A stretch of DNA of 64,000 nucleotides from Thermodesulfobacteriota bacterium. GTDB lineage: Bacteria > Desulfobacterota_D > UBA1144 > Nemesobacterales > Nemesobacteraceae. Of the stretch, positions 19,177 through 28,497 are shown piece after piece (within the stretch, counting starts at the first letter, position 1; every line of letters starts with the position of its first letter). The translations under genes were made by a program, and so were the position numbers. Where the stretch lies: contig OZ242002.1 of NCBI GenBank assembly GCA_965204665.1, positions 1,285,865 through 1,349,864 of the forward strand, read 5' to 3'. The notes below the pieces were generated by a model that was given only the letters and a program-made list of their open reading frames with translations, was not told the DNA's origin and did not search any database.

Positions 19177-20238
19177 CTAAGGATTTTGTAAAGTGCGACC
19201 CGTTTCTGTCAGAAGAGATGCCGCTTTTTTCGCAAAATAGGTGATTATGATATCGGCTCCCGCCCTTTTTATTCCCAGCAGGCTTTCGATAATCACTTTA
19301 TCCTCGTCAAGCCATCCCGATTCTGCGGCCGCCTTTATCATGAGATACTCTCCGCTTACCTGATACACTGCCACGGGAAGGTCACTGTTTTCACGGAACA
19401 TGTGAACCAGGTCCAGGTAATACCCGGCAGGCTTTACCATGACTATATCCGCGCCTTCCTCCTCGTCCGCCAACAGTTCCCGGAGAGCTTCTCTGGAGTT
19501 TGCCGGATTCATCTGATACGTCATCTTGTCCCCTCCTCTAGGTTCTGAGTCGAGTGCTCCTCGGAAAGGTCCGTAAAAAGCCGATGCGTACTTGGCCGTA
19601 TAAGACATAATCGAAACATCCGTGTACCCGTCTTCATCAAGAACTTCTCTCAGAGCACCGACGCGACCGTCCATCATATCGCTCGGAGCTATAATGTCTG
19701 CGCCCGCCGCCGCATGGCACAGAGCCTGTTTGCAGAGCACCTCCACTGTGACGTCATTGAGTATCTCTCCACATGGAGACACCACTCCGTCGTGACCTTC
19801 ACTTGAATAGGGATCAAGCGCCGCATCTGTTATTACAGTTATTTCAGGAATCTCTTTTTTCAGTGCGGAAACTGCTTGTGGAACAAGTCCGTTTGGATTA
19901 TAACACTCTTCGGCCAAGGGAGATTTGAGGCGATTCTCAATTGCGGGAAACAGCAGCAACGCCCCGATACCGATACTAAACGCATCCCGCGCTTCCTTTA
20001 CAAGCCCACTGATGCTCCATCTCTTGCATCCCGGCATCGACTCTATTTCCCGGTCTGTGTTTTCGGCGTGGATAAAAAGTGGATAGATCAAGTCACCCGC
20101 CGAGATCAGTGTCTCTCTAGTGAGATTTCTCACGGAAGGCGACTTGCGATTTCTTCTGGGTCGTGAAGGCAGATCAAGGAAGGAAGTATCTTTCTCGGGA
20201 ATATCTGTCTTCCGATGCTTTATTTTTTCATTTTTCAT
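19177..20238 (-). CDS. hemB: porphobilinogen synthase (delta-aminolevulinic acid dehydratase)
   Basis: [23 protein letters not shown]-terminal signature; HemB length. Confidence 0.85.
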   Translation of the reverse strand: MKNEKIKHRKTDIPEKDTSFLDLPSRPRRNRKSPSVRNLTRETLISAGDLIYPLFIHAENTDREIESMPGCKRWSISGLVKEARDAFSIGIGALLLFPAIENRLKSPLAEECYNPNGLVPQAVSALKKEIPEITVITDAALDPYSSEGHDGVVSPCGEILNDVTVEVLCKQALCHAAAGADIIAPSDMMDGRVGALREVLDEDGYTDVSIMSYTAKYASAFYGPFRGALDSEPRGGDKMTYQMNPANSREALRELLADEEEGADIVMVKPAGYYLDLVHMFRENSDLPVAVYQVSGEYLMIKAAAESGWLDEDKVIIESLLGIKRAGADIIITYFAKKAASLLTETGRTLQNP

Positions 20239-20608
20239 GGATCAGTCCACATTGTTCTGCCGCGCAGAAAACATATTTACACAAAATATCACGGAAAATA
20301 ATAGAAACCTCGCGACAATAGTCAACATTAAGGTATTTAGGATGTCGACTATATACAAATTAAGAGTTTCGGGGAAGAGATGAAAGTTCTCAGTCTTCAT
20401 ACTTTCAGAGAGTCAATGCACTTATACTGCAGGATACCCGCCTTCAGAAAGGACACTACGCAACCGTTTTTGAGGAAGTTTAAGAAGTGAAGTTGTATTG
20501 GGATTTTACAGTCGAGGTGAGACCAACTCAAGAGAAGCAGTATTTAATTTCTTTCCTGTTTCTCAAAATTATTGAAGCGCGAGACATTCCCGTAAGGTTT
20601 GACACAAG

Positions 20609-21463
20609 GTGAAGAGTACTCTAAATTCTTGGAGGAACAGGCAGGCAGGAGGATTGGTTCTTGTAATGGACTGGGGAATGCAGAACAGAATGGCGCGCAT
20701 CATAAGGCCGGATACGGGAAGGGCGGTTATGCTTGCCCTTGACCATGGCTATTTCCTTGGCCCCACGCACCGTCTTGAAGTTCCTGCCGAGACCATAACC
20801 CCGCTTATTCCCTATGCGGATACAATAATGCTGACCAGGGGTGTGCTCAGGACCTCGGTTGATCCCGACTCCGGAGCAAATGTGGTCCTGAGGGTTTCCG
20901 GGGGAACCAGCATTGCGGGTCCGCATCTGGAAAACGAGGGACTGACCACCGATTTCGAGGAGGCTGTAAGGCTTAATGTTGCTGGAGTTGGTATCTCTGT
21001 TTTCGTCGGAACCGAATTTGAGAGACAGACGCTTTTAGGACTTTCCGAACTTGTTAACAAAGGTGAGAGATATGGAATTCCTGTTCTCGGGATAACGGCT
21101 GTCGGCAAGGAACTTGAAAAAAGAGATGCCAGATATCTTGCGCTCTGCTCCAGGATATGCGCAGAGCTCGGGGCGCGCGTCGTAAAGACATATTACTGTG
21201 AAGATTTTGAGAGAATCACCCGAAGTTGTCCTGTCCCCGTAGTGATAGCAGGCGGTCCGAAACTTGAAACCGAGATGGATGTCTTCAACATGACCCACAA
21301 GGCAGTATCCCAAGGCGCCGCGGGAGTTGATATGGGAAGAAATATATGGCAACGAGAAAACCCGGTCGCTATAATAAGGGCGATTCGTGGGATAGTCCAC
21401 CAGAACATGTCTCCACGGGAAGCGCATGATCTTTTTACGGAACTCAGCCGAAAGGATTCCTGA
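20609..21463 (+). CDS. DhnA-type class I aldolase family protein (FBA / LsrF / ADH-synthase-like)
   Basis: DeoC/LacD-type TIM barrel with the RVVKTYY lysine motif. Confidence 0.7.
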   Translation: MKSTLNSWRNRQAGGLVLVMDWGMQNRMARIIRPDTGRAVMLALDHGYFLGPTHRLEVPAETITPLIPYADTIMLTRGVLRTSVDPDSGANVVLRVSGGTSIAGPHLENEGLTTDFEEAVRLNVAGVGISVFVGTEFERQTLLGLSELVNKGERYGIPVLGITAVGKELEKRDARYLALCSRICAELGARVVKTYYCEDFERITRSCPVPVVIAGGPKLETEMDVFNMTHKAVSQGAAGVDMGRNIWQRENPVAIIRAIRGIVHQNMSPREAHDLFTELSRKDS

Positions 21464-21496
21464 CCGCCTTCCGTATGTTTTCTGCCGACACAGTTC

Positions 21497-22519
21497 ATGC
21501 TCGCAGCCGTTTACCACAGTAACGACGATATAAGAATTGAGGAATTTCCCTTGCCGGAGCCCGAAGAAGGGGAAATTCTCATCAGAGTTCGCGCAAGCGG
21601 TATCTGTGGAAGCGACCTTATGGAGTGGTACAGACTGCCGAAGGCTCCTGTTGTTCTCGGTCATGAAGTTTCCGGAGAAGTAGTCGAGACGGGGGAAGGA
21701 GTAAGAATGTTTTCCAAGGGAGACAGAGTAGTGGCTACTCATCACGTTCCCTGCGATGCGTGCCGTTACTGTCGCACCGGTAAACACACGAACTGCCCCA
21801 TGATAAAAAAATCCGGATTTACCCCGGGCGGTTTTTCCGAGTATCTGGGTATAGCTTCTCCCAATGTCGAGCGGGGGGTTTTTCGTCTTCCCGACCATGT
21901 CTCTTTCGAGGAAGGGGCGTTCGCCGAACCTTTGGGTTGCGTTATAAGAGCTGTTCAGGCTATGGGTGTCAGTCCCGGAGAAAGCGTTGCGATTCTCGGC
22001 GCCGGTACCGCGGGGCTTCTGTGTCTTCAGTATCTGCTTTATCTGGGATCAGGTCCGGTGTTTGTAACGGATTCAAGCCGGTTCAGACTCGGTCTTGCGA
22101 AACAGTTCGGCGCCGCGGAGATCTTTGATCCGAAAGAAGACCTGGTTTCTCTTCTGACAGAGTGCAACTCGGGTTATCGGCCCGATGCGGTAATAGTCTG
22201 CACGGGAGCGTGCTCTGCGGTAAAAAGCGCATTCAATCTTGTTTCTCCGGCCGGGAAGGTACTTTTCTTCGCTCCCTCGGATCCGAATTTTACTCTCGAC
22301 ATTCCCTTCAACGAGTATTGGTGGTCGGGATTGAGAGTCACTAGTTCGTATGCCGCAGCTCCTAGAGATATGGGAAATGCTCTTTCTCTGATAGAAAAAG
22401 GCTGTGTGGACGTAAAGAACATGATTACCCATAGGTTTTCTCTCACGGATGCCGCAAAAGGATTTGCTCTTGCACGAAATCCGGGGGAAAGTCTCAAGAT
22501 AATCATCGAGGCTCAATAA
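21497..22519 (+). CDS. zinc-dependent medium-chain alcohol/threonine-type dehydrogenase
   Basis: GICGSDL, GHEVSGEV, a Cys-x2-Cys-x2-Cys-x7-Cys structural zinc motif, and a GAGTAG Rossmann motif. Confidence 0.8.
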   Translation: MLAAVYHSNDDIRIEEFPLPEPEEGEILIRVRASGICGSDLMEWYRLPKAPVVLGHEVSGEVVETGEGVRMFSKGDRVVATHHVPCDACRYCRTGKHTNCPMIKKSGFTPGGFSEYLGIASPNVERGVFRLPDHVSFEEGAFAEPLGCVIRAVQAMGVSPGESVAILGAGTAGLLCLQYLLYLGSGPVFVTDSSRFRLGLAKQFGAAEIFDPKEDLVSLLTECNSGYRPDAVIVCTGACSAVKSAFNLVSPAGKVLFFAPSDPNFTLDIPFNEYWWSGLRVTSSYAAAPRDMGNALSLIEKGCVDVKNMITHRFSLTDAAKGFALARNPGESLKIIIEAQ

Positions 22520-22676
22520 ACCCCGCAAAAAATATTTGCTGTGAAATGATTTTTCGGCGACACCCGTTTTCCGTAAGTGTGTATGTAATAAGAGTTATTA
22601 TATATCCGATACCGGCTGGTGTAGGTCTATGGAGGAATGATCAACAGCAGTTCTGACTGCTTGTTCGGATTTGCGT

Positions 22677-23888
22677 TCATTGATGTCGGGATTTCTCTCC
22701 GGACACCTGCTTTATTCTGTCGAGGATTCTGTTTGCAAGCTCGAACTTGCTCATAAGAGGAAGTTGTTCTGTCTTTTCCGAGTCTATCAACCATGCGGCG
22801 TTTGTATCTTTTGCGAATCCGGAATCCGGATCGGTTATGTCGTTTGCGACCACCAGGTCAAGATTTTTTTCTTCAAGCTTTTTCCTTGCGTTCAAAATAA
22901 TATTTTCCGTCTCAGCCGCAAATCCCACTAAAAATTTCTCTCCCTTGTTTTTCCCGAGCGCCGCGAGAATATCTCGGGTTTTTTCCAGACAGATATGAAT
23001 TTTTTTCTCTGATTTCTTTATTTTCTGGTCAGATTGACTGTTTGAGGAGTAATCGCTTACCGCCGCCGCTTTTATGACTATATCCGTCGAGGGGAAGAAT
23101 CTGTGCATCTCTTCGTACATACTGGCGGAGTCTGTTGCCGTCACCACTTTAACTCCGTAGGGATACGGTACAGCGGAATATCCTGAAACCAGGGTTACAT
23201 TTGCGCCGCGGAGCCGTGCCGCGCATGCTGCGGAACAGCCCATCTTACCTGTGGACGGGTTGGAGATGAATCTCACGGGATCTATATGCTCTCTCGTAGC
23301 GCCCGCGCTGACGAGTATGTTTTTTCCTGCGAAGTCTTGCCGGGTTACCGCCTTGGCGACCTCAAGAACGATAATCTCGGTTTCCGGAAGTCTGCCTGTG
23401 CCCGTCCATCCGCAGGCAAGACGGCCGTCATCGGGTTCTACGATGATGAATCCGTGTCTTCTGAGTTTCTCCATGTTCTCGCGCACTATGGAGTTAGAGT
23501 ACATATTCGAGTTCATGGCCGGGCAGATGACCACCGGCGCTCGGGTTGCCAGTATGACCGCCGCGGGCATACTGTCCGCTATACCGGCCGCTATCTTTCC
23601 TATAAAGGATGCGCTTGCGGGCGCGATTACTACGGCATCCGCATCATCCGCCGTCTTTATGTGTCCTATCTCGGATTCGTAGGCGAGGTCAAACGGGTCG
23701 GAAGCGACTTTGTTTCCCGATAGGGTCTGTAGCGTGAGGGAGGTTATAAACCGCGAGGCGTTTTTCGTAATTGCGCAGTGAACTTGAGCACCTTTTTTTA
23801 CAAGTGACCTTATAAGTTCACAGGATTTGTAGGATGCGATGCCTCCTGTTATCCCAACTACGATGTTTTTTCCCGAAAGAGCTTCCAT
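22677..23888 (-). CDS. coaBC: bifunctional phosphopantothenoylcysteine decarboxylase / phosphopantothenate-cysteine ligase
   Basis: GITGGIASYK flavoprotein N-domain plus a CoaB C-domain. Confidence 0.9.
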   Translation of the reverse strand: MEALSGKNIVVGITGGIASYKSCELIRSLVKKGAQVHCAITKNASRFITSLTLQTLSGNKVASDPFDLAYESEIGHIKTADDADAVVIAPASASFIGKIAAGIADSMPAAVILATRAPVVICPAMNSNMYSNSIVRENMEKLRRHGFIIVEPDDGRLACGWTGTGRLPETEIIVLEVAKAVTRQDFAGKNILVSAGATREHIDPVRFISNPSTGKMGCSAACAARLRGANVTLVSGYSAVPYPYGVKVVTATDSASMYEEMHRFFPSTDIVIKAAAVSDYSSNSQSDQKIKKSEKKIHICLEKTRDILAALGKNKGEKFLVGFAAETENIILNARKKLEEKNLDLVVANDITDPDSGFAKDTNAAWLIDSEKTEQLPLMSKFELANRILDRIKQVSGEKSRHQ

Positions 23889-23897
23889 CGGAGATTC

Positions 23898-25589
23898 CTA
23901 CACCGTGTCGGTTATAGCCCCGCGGGATGCCGAGGAAACAAGTCTTGAGTATTTAGCGAGCACTCCGTTTTTTTCCTTTACAGGCGGTTTTTTCCACGCC
24001 CGCCTTCTTTTTTCAATCTCTTTTTCCTCTACGTTAAGCGTTATTTTTTTCGCTGTAGCGTCGATCGTTATCTCGTCTCCGTTTTTTATAAGCGCGAGGG
24101 TTCCCCCCGATGCTGCCTCCGGGGTTATATGTCCGACGACAAACCCGTGGGTTCCTCCTGAAAAACGTCCATCCGTTATAAGCGCTACGTCACCTCCGAG
24201 ACCCTTGCCCATCACGGCGGCTGTGGGCGCGAGCATCTCTCTCATGCCCGGACCGCCCTTAGGTCCCTCATATCTGACCACGATCACATGACCTTTTTTC
24301 ACTTTACCGCTCAGAATCGCCTTGAGACTCTGTTCCTCGGAATTAAAAACTACGGCCTTTCCGGTAAAAGATGTTCCCTCCTTACCGGTTATCTTGGCCA
24401 CTGCTCCCTCGGAAGCTATGTTTCCCTTGAGAATCACAATGTGAGAAGATTTCTTTATGGGCTTTTTTACCGGCCAGACAATTTTCTGGCCTTTCGGGTA
24501 TCTTTTCACCCCTTTCAGGTTCTGTTTCATCGTTTTTCCGGTCACAGTCATGCAGTCTCCGTGAAGAAGTCCTTCGTCGAGCAGAATCTTCAGTAGCGGA
24601 GTGATTCCCCCGATCTTGCAGAAATCCGACATCATGTATTTTCCACTGGGTCTTAGATCAGTGATTACGGGAACTTTTTTTCCTATCCTGTTAAAGTCGT
24701 CTATTGAGAGTTTAACCTTGGCGGCATTCGCCATTGCGAGCAGATGTAGAACGGAGTTTGTGGAACCTCCGAGAGCTGCAACCACGGTGATGGCGTTTTC
24801 AAAAGCTTTTTTCGTCATTATGTCTCTCGGCGTTATCTCCTCTCTGAGCAGATTCACTGTTGCCGCGCCGGCGTTTTTGCAGTCTTCGATTTTGTCTTTT
24901 GACACGGCCGCCTGCGCGGAACTGTTCGGAAGGCTCATACCCATAGCCTCTATGGCGGAAGCCATGGTGTTCGCCGTATACATTCCGCCGCATGATCCGG
25001 GTCCCGGTATGGCGCGGGATTCGATTTCCCTGAGTTGGGAATCGTTGATGTCGTTATTCGAGTGTGCGCCCACAGCTTCGAATACCGACACCACATCTAT
25101 ATCGGTTCCGTTATAGTTGCCGGGAAGTATAGTTCCTCCGTACACGAAAACAGAAGGTCTGTTGAGTCTCGCCATGGCCATCAGACACCCCGGCATATTC
25201 TTGTCGCATCCCCCTATTGCAACCATGCCGTCAAATCCTTCCGCCGCAGCTACAGTCTCTATTGAATCGGCGATCACCTCTCTTGATACAAGCGAATATC
25301 TCATGCCGGGAGTTCCCATTGATATTCCGTCGGATACCGTGATGGTGTTGAAAATTACGGATTTGCCTCCGGCCCTGTCGGTTCCCTCCGCTCCGTACTT
25401 CGCCAGCTGGTCTATATGCATGTTGCACGGCGTGACCATACTCCAAGTTGAGGCTATCCCAACAACGGGTTTTCCGAAATCACCGTCCGTAAAGCCTACT
25501 GCTCTCAGCATAGAGCGGCTGGGTGCCCGGTGGGCTCCTTCCACATAGATGGAAGAGTATTTTCTGGATGTTTTCTTTTTCGTTACCAA
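23898..25589 (-). CDS. ilvD: dihydroxy-acid dehydratase
   Basis: 563 aa ILVD/EDD family ([15 protein letters not shown] motifs). Confidence 0.9.
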   Translation of the reverse strand: MVTKKKTSRKYSSIYVEGAHRAPSRSMLRAVGFTDGDFGKPVVGIASTWSMVTPCNMHIDQLAKYGAEGTDRAGGKSVIFNTITVSDGISMGTPGMRYSLVSREVIADSIETVAAAEGFDGMVAIGGCDKNMPGCLMAMARLNRPSVFVYGGTILPGNYNGTDIDVVSVFEAVGAHSNNDINDSQLREIESRAIPGPGSCGGMYTANTMASAIEAMGMSLPNSSAQAAVSKDKIEDCKNAGAATVNLLREEITPRDIMTKKAFENAITVVAALGGSTNSVLHLLAMANAAKVKLSIDDFNRIGKKVPVITDLRPSGKYMMSDFCKIGGITPLLKILLDEGLLHGDCMTVTGKTMKQNLKGVKRYPKGQKIVWPVKKPIKKSSHIVILKGNIASEGAVAKITGKEGTSFTGKAVVFNSEEQSLKAILSGKVKKGHVIVVRYEGPKGGPGMREMLAPTAAVMGKGLGGDVALITDGRFSGGTHGFVVGHITPEAASGGTLALIKNGDEITIDATAKKITLNVEEKEIEKRRRAWKKPPVKEKNGVLAKYSRLVSSASRGAITDTV

Positions 25590-25716
25590 ATGAACATTCC
25601 TCCTTTAATATGAATCGCGCGGTTCTTTGAACAGGTTCCGTTTCTGGGAAAATTGTAACTTAAAAACCCTTTCAGTGCGATATGAACGAAGGGACAGGCG
25701 GATTCAGTGGCAACCG

Positions 25717-25894
25717 TTCGGTCAAGGCGTGGATGACGTTTTCACAGCCGGATGTCCTTTTCGGGTTTGCCCGATTGACTGAACCGGCTGCAGCATCCGA
25801 GTCCCTGCGTGGTTCCGACATGTATCCATCCCGAGTCAAGGTGGACGGTGCCCGCGCAGGTCGGAATCTCGACAAGTGTTTCTATCGGCACTGG
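25717..25894 (+). repeat. copy 1 of the TTCGGTCAAGGCGTG repeat family (non-coding)
   Basis: Aligned by eye to the copies at 46492, 49310(-) and 41235(-). Shared blocks: GGATGTCCTTTTCGG and GGTTCC...ATGTATCCA.CCCGAG...TCGGAATCTCGACAA. Confidence 0.6.
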
Positions 25895-26010
25895 TGTGAT
25901 TTCCGCAGGGCAAATGAGACATTGCGCTTACGGGAATACGGTATTCTCCATCACAATATAAAAGGTATCGGGGAAATTCATCGGTCGGACTTCGTATCTA
26001 CTCACTGCAG

Positions 26011-26044
26011 AAAACCCGGGTTCCGATCTTTCGAAGCCCGGGTT
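26011..26044 (-). terminator. rho-independent terminator of RTX lipoprotein paralogue 1
   Basis: AACCCGGGCTTCG...CGGAACCCGGGTT followed by TTTTCT on the minus strand. The stem is conserved by compensatory changes in the paralogue-2 copy. Confidence 0.6.
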
Positions 26045-26125
26045 CATCTGAAAAAACAAACAGAATCCACCTGATATCAAGGTTGTTCCTTCTGCGGAAA
26101 CAACTTCACCGAAAAGACAGTGAAC

Positions 26126-27658
26126 TCAGTCTACAAACTCATACTTGTTCTGACTGATGATGTTTCCCGCCTTGTCGTTGTCCGCCGTGCTGCCTATCTG
26201 AACAACTTCAGTTCCTCCCACGGAAATCTTGCCGGCAGCGTTGGTCAACGCTCCGGCCCCAGCCGCGAAGCCCCTGAACTGAATCCTGTCGTCCGCCAAT
26301 GTGAAGTCCGTAATGATGTCCACACCGCCGTCGGCTTTTCTGATGAGGAAAGTGTCGTTTCCGGCTCCGCCGGTAAGGTTGTCGGCGCCTTCTTCACCTA
26401 TGAGAACATCATTCCCTGCTCCTCCGTCAAGAGTGTCGGTACCTTTACCGCCTCTGAGGGTGTCGTTCCCTCCTCTGCCTTCAAGAGTGTCGTCGGCGTT
26501 TCCTCCTCTGAGAGTATTCGCCTTGCCGTCCCCTTTAAAAGTAACGGCGGTAGTACGAGGACCGAACCTTGACACAGCAGTAAGGTTCTCGAAGTTGGAA
26601 GCAAAACTGGGAGGATTCGCAAGATCGAAGGTACTAAGCGCGTTACTGCCCCATGAAGCGGCAGTACTCCCACCAGCAATGAGATATGTACCTCCATACA
26701 CTACAAGGGTATCATTTCCCGGCCCGCCATCTGTTGTACCTGCTCCGGCGTTCCCGGTGGGTGGAGAGGGGTCGATTGTGTCATCTCCGGCTCCACCCTT
26801 TATAGTGTCGATACCGAACCATCCATCTATAATATTGTCTTTATCGTCTCCGATAATAGTGTCGTTACCGATACCGCCGACAACATCCTCAATACCCGTA
26901 ATTTTATCACTCCCATATGTAGCATGCGTCGAAGAGCCTAGGCTGAGGTCTACAGTATGACCCGCTGTAATGAAACTTGTGGGTGGGCGACTGGTGGTCC
27001 CGGGTGCAAGAGGAGGAGCAAAAACCAGCCTGTCATGGTCTCCGGCACCACCGATAAACGTATCGTCACCCGGGTCGGTAATGAGAAATTCATCATTACC
27101 GGGTCCGCCGTAGATCGTATCATTACCGGGTCCGCCGTAGAAAAACCCCCTCCCCTTTCCACCGTAGAGAGTGTCATTTCCGTCTCCACCCCGGAAATGG
27201 TCGTTCCCGTCTTCGCCGTAGAGAGTGTCATCGCCGTTCTCACCGTAGAGCAGATCATTACCTCCTCCGCCGTAAACAGTATCATCACCATCACCGGCTT
27301 TAATGTCGTTGATGTATTGATTTCCGCAGATGACATCGTCATCCGCAGTTCCCGTGACATCATCGGAGACACCGGGAAGCGCATTTATACCGTTGCTGAC
27401 GTCGCATCTGGGATCACCGAAGGACTTTCCCGGATCTCCCTGCAGACCCGTCGCTCCCGGTGCTCCCGAGTCTCCTTTATCTCCCTTATCCCCCTTATCT
27501 CCTTTCGCCCCGTCTTTCCCTGCCGGTCCCGCAGGCCCCATGTCTCCTTCACAGGCGGCAAAGAAAACCGCTCCGCCGAGCAGAAACAACAAAACTAAGA
27601 AATTACGTAATTTCATAATACAACCTCCTTTGATAAGATGTTTTTTATTAATAAGCAA
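26126..27658 (-). CDS. lipoprotein with collagen-like Gly-X-Y repeats and RTX (hemolysin-type calcium-binding) nonapeptide repeats, paralogue 1
   Basis: Signal peptide plus lipobox (LFAAC). GPAGPAGKDGAKGDKGDKGDKGD collagen-like region. Many GGxGNDxxY repeats. Confidence 0.8.
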   Translation of the reverse strand: MLINKKHLIKGGCIMKLRNFLVLLFLLGGAVFFAACEGDMGPAGPAGKDGAKGDKGDKGDKGDSGAPGATGLQGDPGKSFGDPRCDVSNGINALPGVSDDVTGTADDDVICGNQYINDIKAGDGDDTVYGGGGNDLLYGENGDDTLYGEDGNDHFRGGDGNDTLYGGKGRGFFYGGPGNDTIYGGPGNDEFLITDPGDDTFIGGAGDHDRLVFAPPLAPGTTSRPPTSFITAGHTVDLSLGSSTHATYGSDKITGIEDVVGGIGNDTIIGDDKDNIIDGWFGIDTIKGGAGDDTIDPSPPTGNAGAGTTDGGPGNDTLVVYGGTYLIAGGSTAASWGSNALSTFDLANPPSFASNFENLTAVSRFGPRTTAVTFKGDGKANTLRGGNADDTLEGRGGNDTLRGGKGTDTLDGGAGNDVLIGEEGADNLTGGAGNDTFLIRKADGGVDIITDFTLADDRIQFRGFAAGAGALTNAAGKISVGGTEVVQIGSTADNDKAGNIISQNKYEFVD

Positions 27659-27692
27659 AGTCTTGTCATAAGACTTTTATTTTATGGATTTG

Positions 27693-27720
27693 ATTCTACC
27701 CCCCCCCTAACTAAGTCAAG
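27693..27720 (-). promoter_or_regulatory. sigma70-like promoter with a G9 tract in the spacer (TTGACT-tagtta-G9-TAGAAT); candidate phase-variable switch
   Basis: Read directly on the minus strand. Spacer is 15 nt, so G11 would give the optimal 17 nt. ATG lies 35 nt downstream with an AGGAGG RBS. Confidence 0.55.
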
Positions 27721-27879
27721 GACAGATGCCTGACCACATATCTGACCGAGTTGAGAATCAGACTTGATTTCGGATGTTCTTGAGCGTGGAGGTGAGTTTT
27801 CGGCCGGACGGTCAAAACAACTCGCCCATTAAACTTCAAAAACAGGTGGATTTTTCTGGAAGTTCAGGAGACCCGTAAT

Positions 27880-28407
27880 CCTCTGCCGGAGACGGCGGAA
27901 TATCCGCAGCGGGTCGACTACGAGTACGAGCGGGCCGGCACGGCGACGCTGTTTCTGTTCTGCGAACCGCCGGCGGGTTGGAGAGCGGTGAATGTCCGCC
28001 CGAGACGTACGAAGCGGGACCGGGCGCAGGAGGTGGCGGACCTGCTGGAAGGTCGCTATGCGGATTGTGAGAGGATAACGTCGGTGCCGGACAACCTCAA
28101 CACGCACAAGCCGGGGGCGTTCTACGAGACCTTCAGTCCGGAGAGGGCGGAACGATTGATGAGGCGCATCAAGTTCTGTTATACGCCGAAGCACGGCAGT
28201 CGGCTGAATACGGCCGAGTGTGAATTAAGTTGTATGACACGGCAGTGCCTGCAGGAGCGGCGTATCGGGGATTCGGAAGAATTGAGGAAAGAGGTGACTG
28301 CGTGGTTCACGAGCGTGAATGCGGGTCAGCGCGGTGTGAGCCGGCATATGACAGTCGCTGATGCCCGTTGTAAACTCAAGTACATCTATCCGAAAAACGT
28401 TGTATGA
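27880..28407 (+). pseudogene. truncated IS630-family transposase (C-terminal ~175 aa only)
   Basis: DYEYERAGTATLF ... PDNLNTHK ... FCYTPKHGSRLNTAECELS motifs of the IS630/Tc1 DDE transposase. The N-terminal half is missing. Confidence 0.6.
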
Positions 28408-28497
28408 CGGAGCACTGGTTTTCCCTTGTCCGTAATTTTACGGATCAGAAAACGAACAGATGTTTTCCGGCCCTTCATAATGTAAATCCGTCAGTCT

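Noticed and set aside
25682-26074. 130-aa plus-strand ORF covering repeat copy 1
   Set aside because: The corresponding frame in repeat copy 3 is interrupted by a stop right after the shared start of the element, so the repeat family is non-coding.
26301-27598. Plus-strand ORFs (219 and 213 aa) inside RTX lipoprotein paralogue 1, and a similar one at 47574-47981 in paralogue 2
   Set aside because: They are Pro/Ser-rich antisense artefacts of the repetitive GGxGxD codons. They have no start context or RBS and are fully overlapped by well-supported genes.
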